A stretch of DNA of 49,008 nucleotides from an uncultured bacterium (GTDB taxonomy: Bacteria > Macinerneyibacteriota > Macinerneyibacteria > Macinerneyibacteriales > DSCS01). Position numbers and translations under genes: made by a program. Where the stretch lies: the NCBI GenBank assembly GCA_964525975.1, contig CAZGIO010000001.1:1-49008 (forward strand), in the 5' to 3' direction. Under the pieces are notes generated by a model. That model did not search any database and had not been told where the DNA came from. It worked only from the letters and a program-made list of their open reading frames with translations. The number at the start of each line of letters is the position of its first letter. The stretch's first letter is position 1. Shown here piece after piece: positions 23,225-35,000 of this stretch.

Positions 23225-24588
23225 TTTTCAATATTCACGTCATCATATCCGCGGAGTATCTCTTTTATCACCGTTATATACTCATCAAGGCTCTTTTCAT
23301 CCTCTGCCTCCGCCCTGAATACAAGGACAGGCTGAGTGTTTGAAGGCCTCAGCAGTGCCCATCCTTTATCAAACGATACTCTTACACCGTCTATATCGAT
23401 TACATGGTAATCATTTTTGAGATGCTGAGATATCTCATCGATAATATGGAACTTTTTATCATCGGGGCATCCGATCCGTATCTCAGGTGTGGAGATATAT
23501 CGAGGGACCCTTGAAGCGATATCTTTGAGGGATACCCCCTCTTCACCAAGTATCTCAAGGAGACGCAGCGCGCCATAGAAAGCGTCGTCATAACCGGGAT
23601 GTCTGTCGCGGAAAAACATGTGCCCTGACATCTCTCCGCCCATGATGGCGTTAATCTCTTTCATCTTGGCCTTTAAGAGAGAATGTCCCGCTTTCCACAT
23701 CACAGGATTGCCGCCGCTTGCCTTAACATGCTCTATAAGTCCCTTAGAACATTTAACCTCAAAGACGATATCTTTACCGGGATTCTTTTTTAATATGCTT
23801 TCGGCAAAAACAGCAAGAAGAGTGTCACCATACAGAAGCGTTCCCTCATGGTCTATCACACCGATCCTGTCCACGTCGCCGTCGAAACCGATACCCAGAT
23901 CAGCACCAGTCTCTATCACACGTTTTTTAAGCGCGAGCATGTTCTTTTCCACTGTTGGATCGGCAATATGGTTTGGAAAGTCACCGTCGGGATCTTCATA
24001 AAGGAATTCCACGTCAAGAGACGTCTTTTCAAATATCTTCCTGGCATAGATGCCCGCCGAGCCGTTACCGCAGTCCACGATGACTTTAAGTCCCGCAGGC
24101 AGCTTGATGTTGTTAAGGAGAGACTCTATATAGTCTCTCCTTATATCAGTTTCTTCAACATTGCCTTTCTCACTACTTGTGAAAGCACCATTTTTCACAT
24201 CATGATACAGAGCTGTTATGTCATCACCGTAGAGAGAATCCTTCCCCAGGCAGATCTTAAACCCGTTGTATTCATGAGGATTATGCGATGCGGTCACCAT
24301 GACCCCTCCCCCGGCATCAAGCTTATGCAGTGAATAATAGAATACGGGGGTTGCAGTCATGCCGAGATATTTCACGTGGCAGCCTGTGGATATTATGCCG
24401 TTGATCAGTGCCTGGGAAATAGTCGTCCCGCTGTTGCGCACGTCTCTTCCCACCACCACGGTGTCTTCTCCTTTGGACAATACAAGGGATCCGAAGGCCT
24501 TTCCTATGTCCTCAGCTACTTTTTCGGGAATATCAACCGCTGCTATGCCCCGTATGTCATATTTTCTGAAAATATTCTTATTAAGCAT
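23218..24588 (-). CDS. phosphomannomutase/phosphoglucomutase (alpha-D-phosphohexomutase)
   Basis: 456 aa. Phosphoserine loop TASHNPHEYNGFK, Mg loop GFDGDVDR, sugar loop GGEMSGH. Confidence 0.88.
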   Translation of the reverse strand: MLNKNIFRKYDIRGIAAVDIPEKVAEDIGKAFGSLVLSKGEDTVVVGRDVRNSGTTISQALINGIISTGCHVKYLGMTATPVFYYSLHKLDAGGGVMVTASHNPHEYNGFKICLGKDSLYGDDITALYHDVKNGAFTSSEKGNVEETDIRRDYIESLLNNIKLPAGLKVIVDCGNGSAGIYARKIFEKTSLDVEFLYEDPDGDFPNHIADPTVEKNMLALKKRVIETGADLGIGFDGDVDRIGVIDHEGTLLYGDTLLAVFAESILKKNPGKDIVFEVKCSKGLIEHVKASGGNPVMWKAGHSLLKAKMKEINAIMGGEMSGHMFFRDRHPGYDDAFYGALRLLEILGEEGVSLKDIASRVPRYISTPEIRIGCPDDKKFHIIDEISQHLKNDYHVIDIDGVRVSFDKGWALLRPSNTQPVLVFRAEAEDEKSLDEYITVIKEILRGYDDVNIENM

Positions 24589-25759
24589 CAGCTCCCTTTC
24601 TTTCCGGAAGAAGAAGGTTCACTAGAACACCCACGACACCCGAAAGACCAATACCCGCCAGGCTGAAATGGCCGATACTGAATACAGCGCCGCCTATTCC
24701 GATGACAAGGATAAGGCTCACGACGATCATGTTCTTGGTGGAAGACATATCCACTTTATGCTGTACCATGTTCTTTATACCGATGGAAGCGATCATTCCG
24801 AAGAGTATGATCATGATGCCGCCCATTACAGGTCCCGGTATAGTCTTAAGAAAAGCGCCGAGTTTTCCAATAAAAGCCATGATTATAGCTGTGACAGCAG
24901 CCACTCTCATCACGAATGGATCATATATCTTTGTAAGGGCCACTGCTCCTGTTACTTCAGAATATGTGGTATTAGGCGGTCCGCCGAGAAGAGAGGCAAA
25001 GGATGTTGCAAGACCGTCGCCCAGTATGGTCCTGTGAAGTCCGGGGTCTTTGTAGAACTTCTTGCCGGCTACGTCTGAGATCACCATGATGTCTCCAATA
25101 TGTTCAATAGCGGGGGCAAGTGCCACAGGTACGATATATACTATGGCTTCCCAGTTGAATGAAGGAAATGTTACATTGGGCATTGAAAACCATGAAGCGT
25201 TTACTATGGGGGCAAAATCGACTTTCCCCATGAGCAGTGCAGCAATATATCCCGTTAATATCCCTGCAAGTATCGGTGTCAGTTTCAGGAAACCTTTACA
25301 GAAATGTGAGACTATTATAGTTGTGACCAGGGCGATCATCGCTAATACATAGCAATCTTTAGCCATGTTAACGGCTACTGGAGCAAGACTCAGACCAATT
25401 ACGATGATAACAGGTCCGATAACATGGGAAGGCAGTATCCTGTTGATAAATCCTATTCCTTTGTACTTGATCAACAGAGAAAAGAGCATCTTTACGATAC
25501 CCGCTGCCATAAGCCCCCCAAGTGTGCCCTTCAGTCCGTATAACTTTGTTGCCGCGATTATTGGAGCGATATAGGCAAATGAAGATGCGAGGAAAACAGG
25601 CACTTTACCTTTAGTCACAAGGTGAAATATCAGTGTTCCGCACCCTGCAGTCAGCAGAGCAACATTGGGATCAAGTCCTGTAAGCAGCGGGACAAGAACA
25701 AGCGCCCCGAAGGCCACAAACATCATTTGTATTCCGACGATGAATCTTTTCATAAACAT
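24581..25759 (-). CDS. uraA: uracil/xanthine permease (NCS2 family, UraA/PyrP-like)
   Basis: 392-aa polytopic protein with NCS2-like segments (GKVPVFLASSFAYIAPI, TYSEVTGAVALTK). Immediately downstream of upp. Confidence 0.8.
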   Translation of the reverse strand: MFMKRFIVGIQMMFVAFGALVLVPLLTGLDPNVALLTAGCGTLIFHLVTKGKVPVFLASSFAYIAPIIAATKLYGLKGTLGGLMAAGIVKMLFSLLIKYKGIGFINRILPSHVIGPVIIVIGLSLAPVAVNMAKDCYVLAMIALVTTIIVSHFCKGFLKLTPILAGILTGYIAALLMGKVDFAPIVNASWFSMPNVTFPSFNWEAIVYIVPVALAPAIEHIGDIMVISDVAGKKFYKDPGLHRTILGDGLATSFASLLGGPPNTTYSEVTGAVALTKIYDPFVMRVAAVTAIIMAFIGKLGAFLKTIPGPVMGGIMIILFGMIASIGIKNMVQHKVDMSSTKNMIVVSLILVIGIGGAVFSIGHFSLAGIGLSGVVGVLVNLLLPERKGADA

Positions 25760-25765
25760 TCTCCT

Positions 25766-26386
25766 TTATTTGGTTCCAAACAGCCTGTCTCCAGCATCCC
25801 CGAGCCCGGGGATTATGTATTTATGGTCATTAAGATACTCATCAACGTTTCCGGTAAATATTTCAACGTCTCCATGGGCTTTTTCTATGGCTTCTATCCC
25901 TTCGGGGGCGGATATTATTGATATGACTTTGATGCGGGTAAGGCCCTTTTTTTTCAACAGGTCTATGGCAGCTATTATAGAACCCCCTGTTGCCAGCATG
26001 GGATCTATGATCACCGCAAGGGGCTCTTCCATCTCTTCAGGCATCTTCTCATAGTATTCCACGGGCATCTTGGTCTCAGGGTCTCTGTACAGCCCCACAA
26101 AGCCCACACGGGCGTTTGGAAGCAGGGAAAGGATGCCGTCCAGCATGCCCACCCCAGCCCTGAGTATGGGAACCACCACGATATCATTGCTGACTTCTGA
26201 ACCCACCATCTTCTGCAGAGGCGTCTCTATCTCTTTATCAACGGTCTCGACGTTCTTCAATGCTTCATATGCGAGAAGCATGGTGATCTCGCTTGCCAGT
26301 TCTCTGAACTCCTTCTGTCCCGTTGTCTTTTCCCTGAGAAGCGTCAGTTTATGCTTCAGCAGCGGATGATCGATCTGATAATACAT
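25766..26386 (-). CDS. upp: uracil phosphoribosyltransferase
   Basis: 206 aa. PRPP-binding loop VIIDPMLATGGS. C-terminal YIIPGLGDAGDRLFGTK is typical of Upp. Confidence 0.92.
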   Translation of the reverse strand: MYYQIDHPLLKHKLTLLREKTTGQKEFRELASEITMLLAYEALKNVETVDKEIETPLQKMVGSEVSNDIVVVPILRAGVGMLDGILSLLPNARVGFVGLYRDPETKMPVEYYEKMPEEMEEPLAVIIDPMLATGGSIIAAIDLLKKKGLTRIKVISIISAPEGIEAIEKAHGDVEIFTGNVDEYLNDHKYIIPGLGDAGDRLFGTK

Positions 26387-26397
26387 ATAATCTCCTC

Positions 26398-27651
26398 CTA
26401 TAATATCTTTGCCGCTATGGATGCCAGGCGGCTTCTCTCGCTTTTTTTCAGCAGCACATGACCGTAGATCTCTTCACCCTTGAACCTGTCGATCAGATAG
26501 GTGAGCCCGTTGGACGATTCATCCAGATATGGATTATCGATCTGATACGGGTCTCCTGTGAGTATGATCTTGCTTTTCTCTCCGGCTCTGCTCACAATGG
26601 TCTTTATCTCATGTGGCGTAAGGTTCTGAGATTCATCGATTATAATAAATTGTGATGATATGCTCCTCCCTCTGATAAATGTAAGGGCTTCGAGCTCAAT
26701 GATATCTGAATCCTGAAAATATATCCTGTTTTTTTTCCCCAGATCATTTCTGTCGATGAGAAAATCCAGGTTGTCAAAGACAGGTTCCATCCAGTTTTCA
26801 AGTTTATTTTCTTTTGAGCCCGGAAGATATCCTATATCCTTGCCCACAGGCATGATAGGCCGCATTATCAGGACTTTTTTATATTTTTGCTCTTCTGTGA
26901 CCTTATGAAGTCCTGCGGCTATTGCGAGAAGTGTCTTGCCTGTCCCCGCCTGTCCCACAAGTGTCACAAGTTGAATATCATCATCAAGCAGCAGTTCAAG
27001 TGAACAGACCTGCTCAGTATTCAATCCCCTTATTCCCCATGGCTCTATCTCAGTAAACTTAAGAGGTTCCACTTTGCCGCTGTTTTTATTGAACCTTCCT
27101 TCTATATTCCCGCTTTTATTATCCACAACAAACTGGTTGTGATACAGAGTCTCGGAGTTTTTCCGCCCTCTTTTAATTTTTTTTTCAGCCATGCCGTCGT
27201 ACAAGACGTCAAAATCGACTTTTTCATGTTCATAATCCTCAGCCGCGATGGAAAGAGCTTCTGATTTCACCCTTGCGTTGATATCCATGGATACAAAAGT
27301 CACGTTCTCATACCCCTGTTCCTTGAGATATTTCGCCGCCATTATTATCCTGTTATCGGGATTGTTCTTTCCGAACCCCTCGGGGAGTGCTGTGTCAAAA
27401 TCTATAAGTATGCGAAGAGACCCGCCGTTATTATTGAGGGCTACTCCTTTTATGATATCTCCTGTGTGACGCAGGTCATCAATACTCCTGATGACCTTCC
27501 TCGCATTGCGCCCTTTTTCAGAAAGATCGGCTTTAAAATGATCCAGCTCTTCCAGGACATCCACGGGAATACATACTACATTTTCCTTAAAATTAAAAAT
27601 AGAACCGGGGTCATGGAGAAGAACATTTGTATCCACTACAAAATGTTTCAT
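26398..27651 (-). CDS. PIN-domain + PhoH-like ATPase (PhoH2 / YlaK-type)
   Basis: 417 aa. N-terminal PIN (VVDTNVLLHDP...). PhoH Walker A GQAGTGKT and Walker B IIIDESQN. Confidence 0.88.
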   Translation of the reverse strand: MKHFVVDTNVLLHDPGSIFNFKENVVCIPVDVLEELDHFKADLSEKGRNARKVIRSIDDLRHTGDIIKGVALNNNGGSLRILIDFDTALPEGFGKNNPDNRIIMAAKYLKEQGYENVTFVSMDINARVKSEALSIAAEDYEHEKVDFDVLYDGMAEKKIKRGRKNSETLYHNQFVVDNKSGNIEGRFNKNSGKVEPLKFTEIEPWGIRGLNTEQVCSLELLLDDDIQLVTLVGQAGTGKTLLAIAAGLHKVTEEQKYKKVLIMRPIMPVGKDIGYLPGSKENKLENWMEPVFDNLDFLIDRNDLGKKNRIYFQDSDIIELEALTFIRGRSISSQFIIIDESQNLTPHEIKTIVSRAGEKSKIILTGDPYQIDNPYLDESSNGLTYLIDRFKGEEIYGHVLLKKSERSRLASIAAKIL

Positions 27652-27664
27652 CTCTTTTTACACC

Positions 27665-28069
27665 CTACCGTATCTTTTTCATCATCAATCTTGAACCGTG
27701 ACGGCCCCTGGACAGCATGACCTGGTCCATATATGCTTTTATGATAAAGATACCCCTGCCGCTTGTAGAAAGCGGAGAAACAGGTTCTCCTGAACCGGCC
27801 ACAAAATCTTCAAAATCGTTATTTGAATCTTCCACGACCACTTCCACATCATCCTCTTCTATGTCCAGATCCACATAGATATACTTCATGGTCTCGTTAT
27901 TATTGCCATGTATTATGGCATTGCTGGCGGCTTCTGTCAGAGAAGCCACCAGTTCGCCTATTGTCACATCATTTATTGAGTTTCTTTGAAAAAAAAGCTC
28001 CGCCGTATCGATTATTGTCTCAAGATACTGGATGGAAGACGGAAGCTTCAGTTTTAAACGCGATGCCAT
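27665..28069 (-). CDS. anti-sigma-factor-type serine kinase (RsbW/SpoIIAB-like HATPase)
   Basis: 134 aa. N-box EAASNAIIHGN, G-box GRGIFIIK. 5 nt downstream of a STAS gene. Confidence 0.8.
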   Translation of the reverse strand: MASRLKLKLPSSIQYLETIIDTAELFFQRNSINDVTIGELVASLTEAASNAIIHGNNNETMKYIYVDLDIEEDDVEVVVEDSNNDFEDFVAGSGEPVSPLSTSGRGIFIIKAYMDQVMLSRGRHGSRLMMKKIR

Positions 28070-28074
28070 GGATA

Positions 28075-28416
28075 TTATATCAGATCCCTCATGACATCCG
28101 CTTCTGAATCATAGCAGTCAAACAGCGTAAGCAGTTTTGTTATGGTAAGCAGGTCCTTTATGCGCTGAGTGATCTTTATAAGCTTCATCTCGCCGTCTTT
28201 GGCTTTCAATGTGGTATAAGCCGCGATCAGCACGCCAAGTCCCGTGGAATCCATAAAAGGAACGTTCTCAAAATCCACGATGACCTTGAGAAAACCGTCT
28301 TCCACGACTTTGTTTATGGTCTCCTTGAGAGCCATTACTTTCTCGCCGCTCACGATCTTCCCGTGCGGACGTATCATAATAATATTATTAGATTTCTTCT
28401 CAATATCGATCTTCAT
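28075..28416 (-). CDS. STAS-domain anti-sigma-factor antagonist (RsbV/SpoIIAA-like)
   Basis: 113 aa from ATG 28416, with a GGGGGA SD directly upstream (the ORF-track start 28431 sits on the SD). Phosphorylatable Ser context FMDSTGLGVLI. Confidence 0.82.
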   Translation of the reverse strand: MKIDIEKKSNNIIMIRPHGKIVSGEKVMALKETINKVVEDGFLKVIVDFENVPFMDSTGLGVLIAAYTTLKAKDGEMKLIKITQRIKDLLTITKLLTLFDCYDSEADVMRDLI

Positions 28417-28439
28417 AAGTCCCCCTTTCAATCTATTGG

Positions 28440-28468
28440 ATTATAACACATTTATAGATGGTGCGCAA
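28440..28468 (-). promoter_or_regulatory. candidate sigma70 promoter for the STAS/kinase/PhoH2 operon
   Basis: On the minus strand: TTGCGC (28463-28468), 17-nt spacer, TATAAT (28440-28445). Confidence 0.5.
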
Positions 28469-28535
28469 CATGATTTAGTTTAGTTTTTTTTATACATATC
28501 AGTGAATATTAGATAATAACCATTATTAATCACTT

Positions 28536-29036
28536 TTATATAAGACTTGTTAAATATTTCTTCACCTCAAAGAGAAGATTGGCTGTAAACAGATGATCAC
28601 TTTCCACGACATCCATGACAATTTCCATGTCCCAAAAACGCAGTTCGTCACTTTCAGTGGATGTGAAGAGAGTGGTGTCTCCTTCATAAAGAGTGAAAAA
28701 TGAATAAACGAGCTCTTTCTCTATCTCTGTTTCCCAGATATAACTGCCCAAAAAACTGTGTGTCCCGGGAAAAAGTCCGATCTCTTCAAGAGATTCACGT
28801 CTTAGAGCCTGCAAGACAGATTCTCCGTAAGATATATGCCCGCCTACAGCTGAATCCCATTTTCCCGGCTGTATGATCTTATTTTCAGGGCGTTTCTGCA
28901 GCAGAAGGCCCCTTTCCGGCGCATACAGGTTCATATGCACAACTGGATGCAGCTTTTTTGATCCGCTGTGAGCCTCGTCCCTTGAGATACTTCCCATCAC
29001 GTTGCCTTTTTCATCACAGTGTACAAGCCATTCCAT
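28536..29036 (-). CDS. NUDIX hydrolase (IDI/YfcD-like fold, lacks the IDI catalytic Cys)
   Basis: 166 aa. Complete Nudix box GGHISYGESVLQALRRESLEEIGL. 20 nt downstream of the CHAT gene. Confidence 0.85.
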   Translation of the reverse strand: MEWLVHCDEKGNVMGSISRDEAHSGSKKLHPVVHMNLYAPERGLLLQKRPENKIIQPGKWDSAVGGHISYGESVLQALRRESLEEIGLFPGTHSFLGSYIWETEIEKELVYSFFTLYEGDTTLFTSTESDELRFWDMEIVMDVVESDHLFTANLLFEVKKYLTSLI

Positions 29037-29056
29037 GCAGATCCTTTTCTTCAGTC

Positions 29057-32000
29057 TTACTGCATCATGCTGGAAGTGAATTTCATAGCTCCCCAGTACC
29101 GTGGTTCGGGAAAACGCTTTTTCAGTTCGATCACAGCATGCCAGTATGCTGTATCCATATCCATCCCCTGGTAAAGGTTCCTGTAAATATATTTAAATAA
29201 GACGCCTGTGGCCACGTCTGATATCCTCCAGAGCGAGGATATGACATGCCCCACATCACCTGAGAGGAAAGCTTTGTCAAGGGCCTGCACTTCCCCGCCC
29301 TCACCTAGTATGCCTGTCCCGGATTCACATGCGCTCAATACAACCAGGTCAGATGACACATCAAGGGCTTTGATCTCGTCCACATATAGAAAACCGTCCT
29401 CTTTTCCGTCTCCGCTCAGCATGAGATATGACAATTCCGGTATGGTCCTGTTGAACCTTCCATGGCATGCCAGGTGTATTATTGAAAAACGTTTTTTGGA
29501 CAACGTATCCTTGACAGCTGTTTCCGTGGCCTCTTTTCCCTTGAACAGGTCCGTTCCCTCGGGGAAAAGGAACTTGATCTCTCCAGCCTCTTTTTGAGCA
29601 AAGTAGAGTTCAAGACGTTCATCGCCAAGGTCCGGGTTTCCCAATGCCAGTATCGCGTCTTTATTCTGCCCAGTCTCCCCTCTTTTTGCTCCCAGGTCTG
29701 TCACATATTTTACCATATGACCATCCACAAGATGTTCATTCCCGTCCCAGAGCACGCTGAAGGGAATATATGTGAATTTCCAGTGGGTTGATATGATGAT
29801 CTTCACCGCGTCTTCGGGGACTCCCCCTGGGATCCAGCTGTATATCTCATGCCCCAGAAGCTCCAGTTCACTTGCACTGTTTTTTGACGTTACTGCTTCC
29901 ATGAAACGGTCTATGCGCCCTGATACATCGTCCATATCCAGGACTGCACCTGTATATTCCCCTCTGAATCCACTGATAATATATATCATGCGTGAAGTCG
30001 TATCTGTATAAAAAGAAAGATAGAGGCAGCTGTCCCTCATATCGAGGTCCACCCCCCTTAAAAGGTCTTCATCGCTTTTACCATGCCTGAAAAAGAGGCT
30101 CATCTTCAACTTGTCATACGCTTTTCTTTTATTCCTGAGTACATTCAGGTTCCATGCATCTTTTTCAGAAAGTGCCGCCGCATCCTTCATCTCAGAGAGC
30201 AGACCGCTTACAGCCTTCTTTTCGTCCCCGTCAAGGAGCGATGAAGGTATTGTCAAGTTGTTCACAAAAGAGGAGGCCCTTTTGATCATCTCCATAAGAG
30301 ACAACGCCTCATGATAAGCTCCCTCATTAAAATACATGCCTATAAGTTTCTCATATACATCCCGGTACTGAATAAACAGCATGATCTTCAACACATTCTC
30401 ACTCTGTTCCGACACAAGACTGCCGATGATTTCAGCGCAGGATGCAAGAAGCGCCCTGTCATTGAAAAGCATGCCGGTCTTTGCGGCTATCTCCAGTCTC
30501 TTCATGAGATAATTGTTCTTTTCAGCGGCTGTCATGGCTTTTTCAAGGAGCTTTCTGTCTCCATGTATAAGTCCCTTATACATCATCATCTCTACGCCTT
30601 CTTCACCGTCCGGCATGTGAGATACCGCATTAAAAGAGCGCTCTGCCTTTTCAAGGTCCCCTGTAAGATAATAAGTCTTCCCGAGATTGCGCAGGATCCC
30701 GTCTAATATATACCTGTTTTCCTTCTCCTCATATTCATCTCTGAGCGCATTCAGTATATCCAGGGCTTCCGGGAAATCTCCCTGCTTGCGCAATACCTTT
30801 GCTTTGTTTATTTTCAATACAGTTATCTGATTGATTATATTATACTGTTCAGCAAGTTTGATAGCTTCTTCAAAGACAGCCAGAGACGTGTCATAGGCGC
30901 CTGACTCTATAAGAGCCAGGGCTTTTAAGTTCAAAGCCCCCAGATATTCATCTATGAGCCCGGATCTTTTAGCTTCTTCAGCGATATTCTCCGCTTCAAC
31001 AGCTGTCTTTATATAGAGATATTTTCTGTAGTATGCTGTGGCTCTACCCAAGGCACTGTTTACCCTTATCTTTTTGTCAGAAGAACCCTCCAGTTCATTG
31101 AACATCTTTATAGCCTCGTCATTTGACCCCATGTCGCTTTTTATCAAAGCGTATGTCAATCTCTTCATCTCCTCCAGTCCCGGTTTTGTAATATCCTCGA
31201 GGGTCTGTTCAGCTGACCTGTATTCCTTGAAATATTTGTAATGGATCACAGCTTTTCCCAGCAGCGCCTCCTCGGTGTCAACGGCGTCATAAAGCTTAAG
31301 AGCTGACTGGAACTCCCCAAGCTTCTCATACAGCTGAGCTTCCCTCATAGGGTCGGTGCCCCCTGTTCTTTCCATATATTCCAGTGCTTTTGTATAATAT
31401 CCGTTTTTCTCATAAAGTCTGGAAAGCCTGTCATAGTAGACCGGTTCGCTGCTGTTTCCTCTCAAGGACAGGTAGAGCTTAAGTTCATCCTCTATAAGTG
31501 ACGGATCATGCATATTATCGGAAGCAATCTTTATAAGCCGGTACGTATAATCAGCAAGGGCTTTCTTGTCGTTTGAGACTTTCAATAACGATATCAGCCG
31601 TTTCAACTCTCTAAACGCGCGCTGATACAATCCTTCTTTCATGTATATGTAAGCGTTCTTGGATAAAACGGTCTTCCAGGCTTCTATGTAATCACCTGTC
31701 TCACCGCTGCTCATCTCGCCATATGATGACAGGTATCCGTTTATATCAAGGTAACCTGTTCCGTTGTAAAGCATCACATCTCCCATGAGACGTTTAGTTG
31801 TGCTTCCAAGAGGTGCGGCGGATTCAAGCTTGATACCGTCTAAGGTAAGCCCCTTTGCCAGTATCTCTCCCATATCCAGTCCTTCCCAGAAGACCGTTTT
31901 ATAGGGATTGATCTGTTCCTCCCCTTCAATCTGAAAACTGTAAGTACCGCTGTTATAAGTAAAGATGCTCTCCTGATCGCCCTCTTCAACTGGACTCATC

Positions 32001-35000
32001 ATAAACCTGTTGTTAAAGAAAAGAATGAACTGCTGAAGTGTAGAGAAGAAATAGCTTCCTCCCACATGATCCTCCCCCTTACGGTCCACTATGTATGGAG
32101 CCCGCCCTTCCACTTCAGACGCTACACTGCATCCATCTGAAGTAATACGCAGATATTTATCTTTCATCCGGTAATAAAGCACACGCCCCCCTGTAAGGCA
32201 TTTTTTCACATCATCCAAGGTCACGGACATCAGTCCCGTAAGGTTTCTTGCTTCGGGATTGAGTTTGTCCAGATAATATTCGCTGAGTTTTCTTTTCCCT
32301 TTATCCTTATAATAAAAATAGTTGTTTATATTTACCGTATCAAACTGAGAGGAAAGATCCGGTTTGAATATGATGAAAAGAGCTCTTTCAAACAAAGCGT
32401 CATAACGCGCGAGGAGATTGATCACTTTATCTTTCGAGACATTTTCAGCCACAGATTGGACGATTCCCGGATAATAATCGGGACGGTTCATATGGTAATA
32501 GTATATCTTATGCATATTTGAGCTGGTTAAAGACTCAGCGCTGCTCAGAGATTCTGAAAGATATTCCACTGATTTTTCATGGGACCGTGAATAAAGGTAT
32601 GCAAGATCCGAAAAGATGATGAAATCCGCGAACTTATCCTCCCCTGTCAAAGCAAGGAGATCCTCCTTTATTTCTCTTCCGTCTGAGTCATAAAGATATA
32701 AAAGCCGGAGACGCTGCATAAGAGGGCTGCTGTGATCCCTGCTCAGTTCCTGCAGGTATATGCGGGCACGTTCCATCTGTCTCATGTTTTTCTCCACAGC
32801 TGCCATGGCATCATTGAAATCAAGCCCTTGCTTAACCTCTTCGCCGGAACGGTGAACCATATATATATATATCATCTTATACAGGTCTTTGAGTCTTCCT
32901 CCACCCAGGGCTTCCACGTCTTCCGCCATCTCATCCAGTTCATCCATGGTCTTTTTCCCTGCTTCGCGCTTCAGGAAGACCGTTGAGAGCCGGTTCATTA
33001 TATAACCACGTTCAAACCCCTCTTTTACCGCCATATCCAGGGATTTATCCAGATATTTAACCGCAAACGTCTCCATACCTGATTTAAAATATAGATTTGC
33101 GAGATTATTGAATATGACCATGTCGCCAAATTTATTTCTGGATCTTTTAAGTTTTATCTCATAGTAGTAAGATGCTCTGTCATAATCCCCTGTTTTTTCA
33201 TGGGCTCTTGCAAGTATCGTGAAAGCCAGTTCTTTCTCCATATCATGGGAAAAACCCAAATAAGCCGAACTGTCTCCTTTTCCTCCGATGGAGACATCCA
33301 CATTGATGTTGAGCAGCCCTCCTGAAGACTTGCCGTCCTCGGTCTCTCCGATTATGTTTATGAGTTTCTGAGCTGCCTGTATGGCTTTTTCCTCATCTTC
33401 GCCCATGAGCGCATTATAGGCTATGTTTCTCAGATAAATAATCTCATCATCCCTGCTTATCTTCTCTCCTGATATCCTCAGACCCGATTCAAACTCCTTC
33501 ACGGCTTTCAGGTATTCCGTTTTGAGAGAATAGAGAAGACCTCTGTGCCTGTGTATGAAATCCATCCCGCCCTTATCACCCTGTTCAGAATATAAAGTGT
33601 AGAGACCGTGGTCATACTCGATAGCTTTGTCATAGTCTTCAAGGTTGTAATATATCTGTGACATCTTCAGAAAATAATCAAGCTGCTCATTTTTATTCCC
33701 ATACTGGCTGACAAGCCGGGAAGAGGACAAAAAACTGTCAAGAGCCTGATCATACAATTTGAGCTTAAAATATACATTGGCCATGTTTTTCTTAAAGTAT
33801 CCCTTTAATATATTACTGTAACTAAGCCCCAATCCTGTCTTATAATCTACAAGAGCCATTTCCAGAAACTTACCTTCCCCCAGTTGTTCCAGGCGCTCTT
33901 CCAGCCATCCCGCGGTGAGATAAAAGTAGGGTTCCTGCGGCGACAACGACATCGCGTTTCGTATGAGTTCCAGGGACCTTCTGTATGCGGCGGCCTCCTG
34001 TTCTTTTTTGCCTTTCAGCCCGTAATATGTACCTGCATAACTTAAGGCATATCCGTAAAGATAGATTGAATCAGCATCTTTTTCCATTGAGAGGTACCGT
34101 GACTTGTACTGTCCCGCTGTTTTTATAATATTTCCCAGTGAGTATTCAAGTTTTATGATCTCCCTGTTCACTGTAAGATCACCGCTTATCACAGACCTCA
34201 CAGTGAGAAGAGACTTCCTCGCCTGCAGCATGTCCCCGGACTCTATGTTTTTTTCGGCTTTTAAGAGTCCTTTTTCACGCACATAATCCACCATCTCATA
34301 GTAGAGACGTCCGTTATATCCCTCCTGTATGATATGTGCGAAATATTCGACGCCGTCCATGTTTTCTTCATTTCTGTAGATCTCAAGCATCTTTTCATAG
34401 ATGAGATTTCTGGGCTCTGTCTCTCTTATCTCTGAGAATATCTTTTCCCCTTCATCCACTGCTCCCTGCGCATCATCAAAAAGGGCAAGTGTTTCCATGA
34501 CAGCGGCTGCGGCGCCTGCGCGCAGAAACTCACACTGTCTGCTGTCTCGTATATAACCTTCCATGATATTGATTGAATACCCCGCTCTATCTGTGTATCT
34601 CCCCTTGTTCTTCAGCAGAAGATCCAGCGCTTCATATTCAGTATCCCCCGGCGTTAGCGTGCTGTTGAGCATCCTGACCAATATATCGTAAGCCCCTGTC
34701 TCATCACGGTTCTCAAGACGCAATACAGCCAGAAGATAATCAGCACTGTTTTTGATCCTCCTGTTCCTTAACCTTTTATAGTAGCGGCTGTAGAGTCTTT
34801 GGTACGACTCGATGTCATCCCTGGCTACATATAGACGATTCCACATCAGGTTCTCGTCTTCCCCGCCTTCCATCAGCCCTTCCACGGCGGTATCACTGTT
34901 ATATTTTGACAACATCGACCTGAAGGGTGAATCTGCTTCCAAGGTATCCATGAACTTCTTTTTTATCATGTCAGACAATGCTCTGCTTTCTTTTTCAAGC

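Noticed and set aside
29057-30160. CHAT domain as part of a CRISPR type III-E (Craspase), SAVED-CHAT or CBASS-like antiphage system
   Set aside because: The window has no cas genes, CRISPR array, cyclase, SAVED/CARF sensor or TPR-CHAT partner of the Csx29 type. The protein also has a lipoprotein export signal, which fits poorly with a cytoplasmic nucleotide-activated protease.
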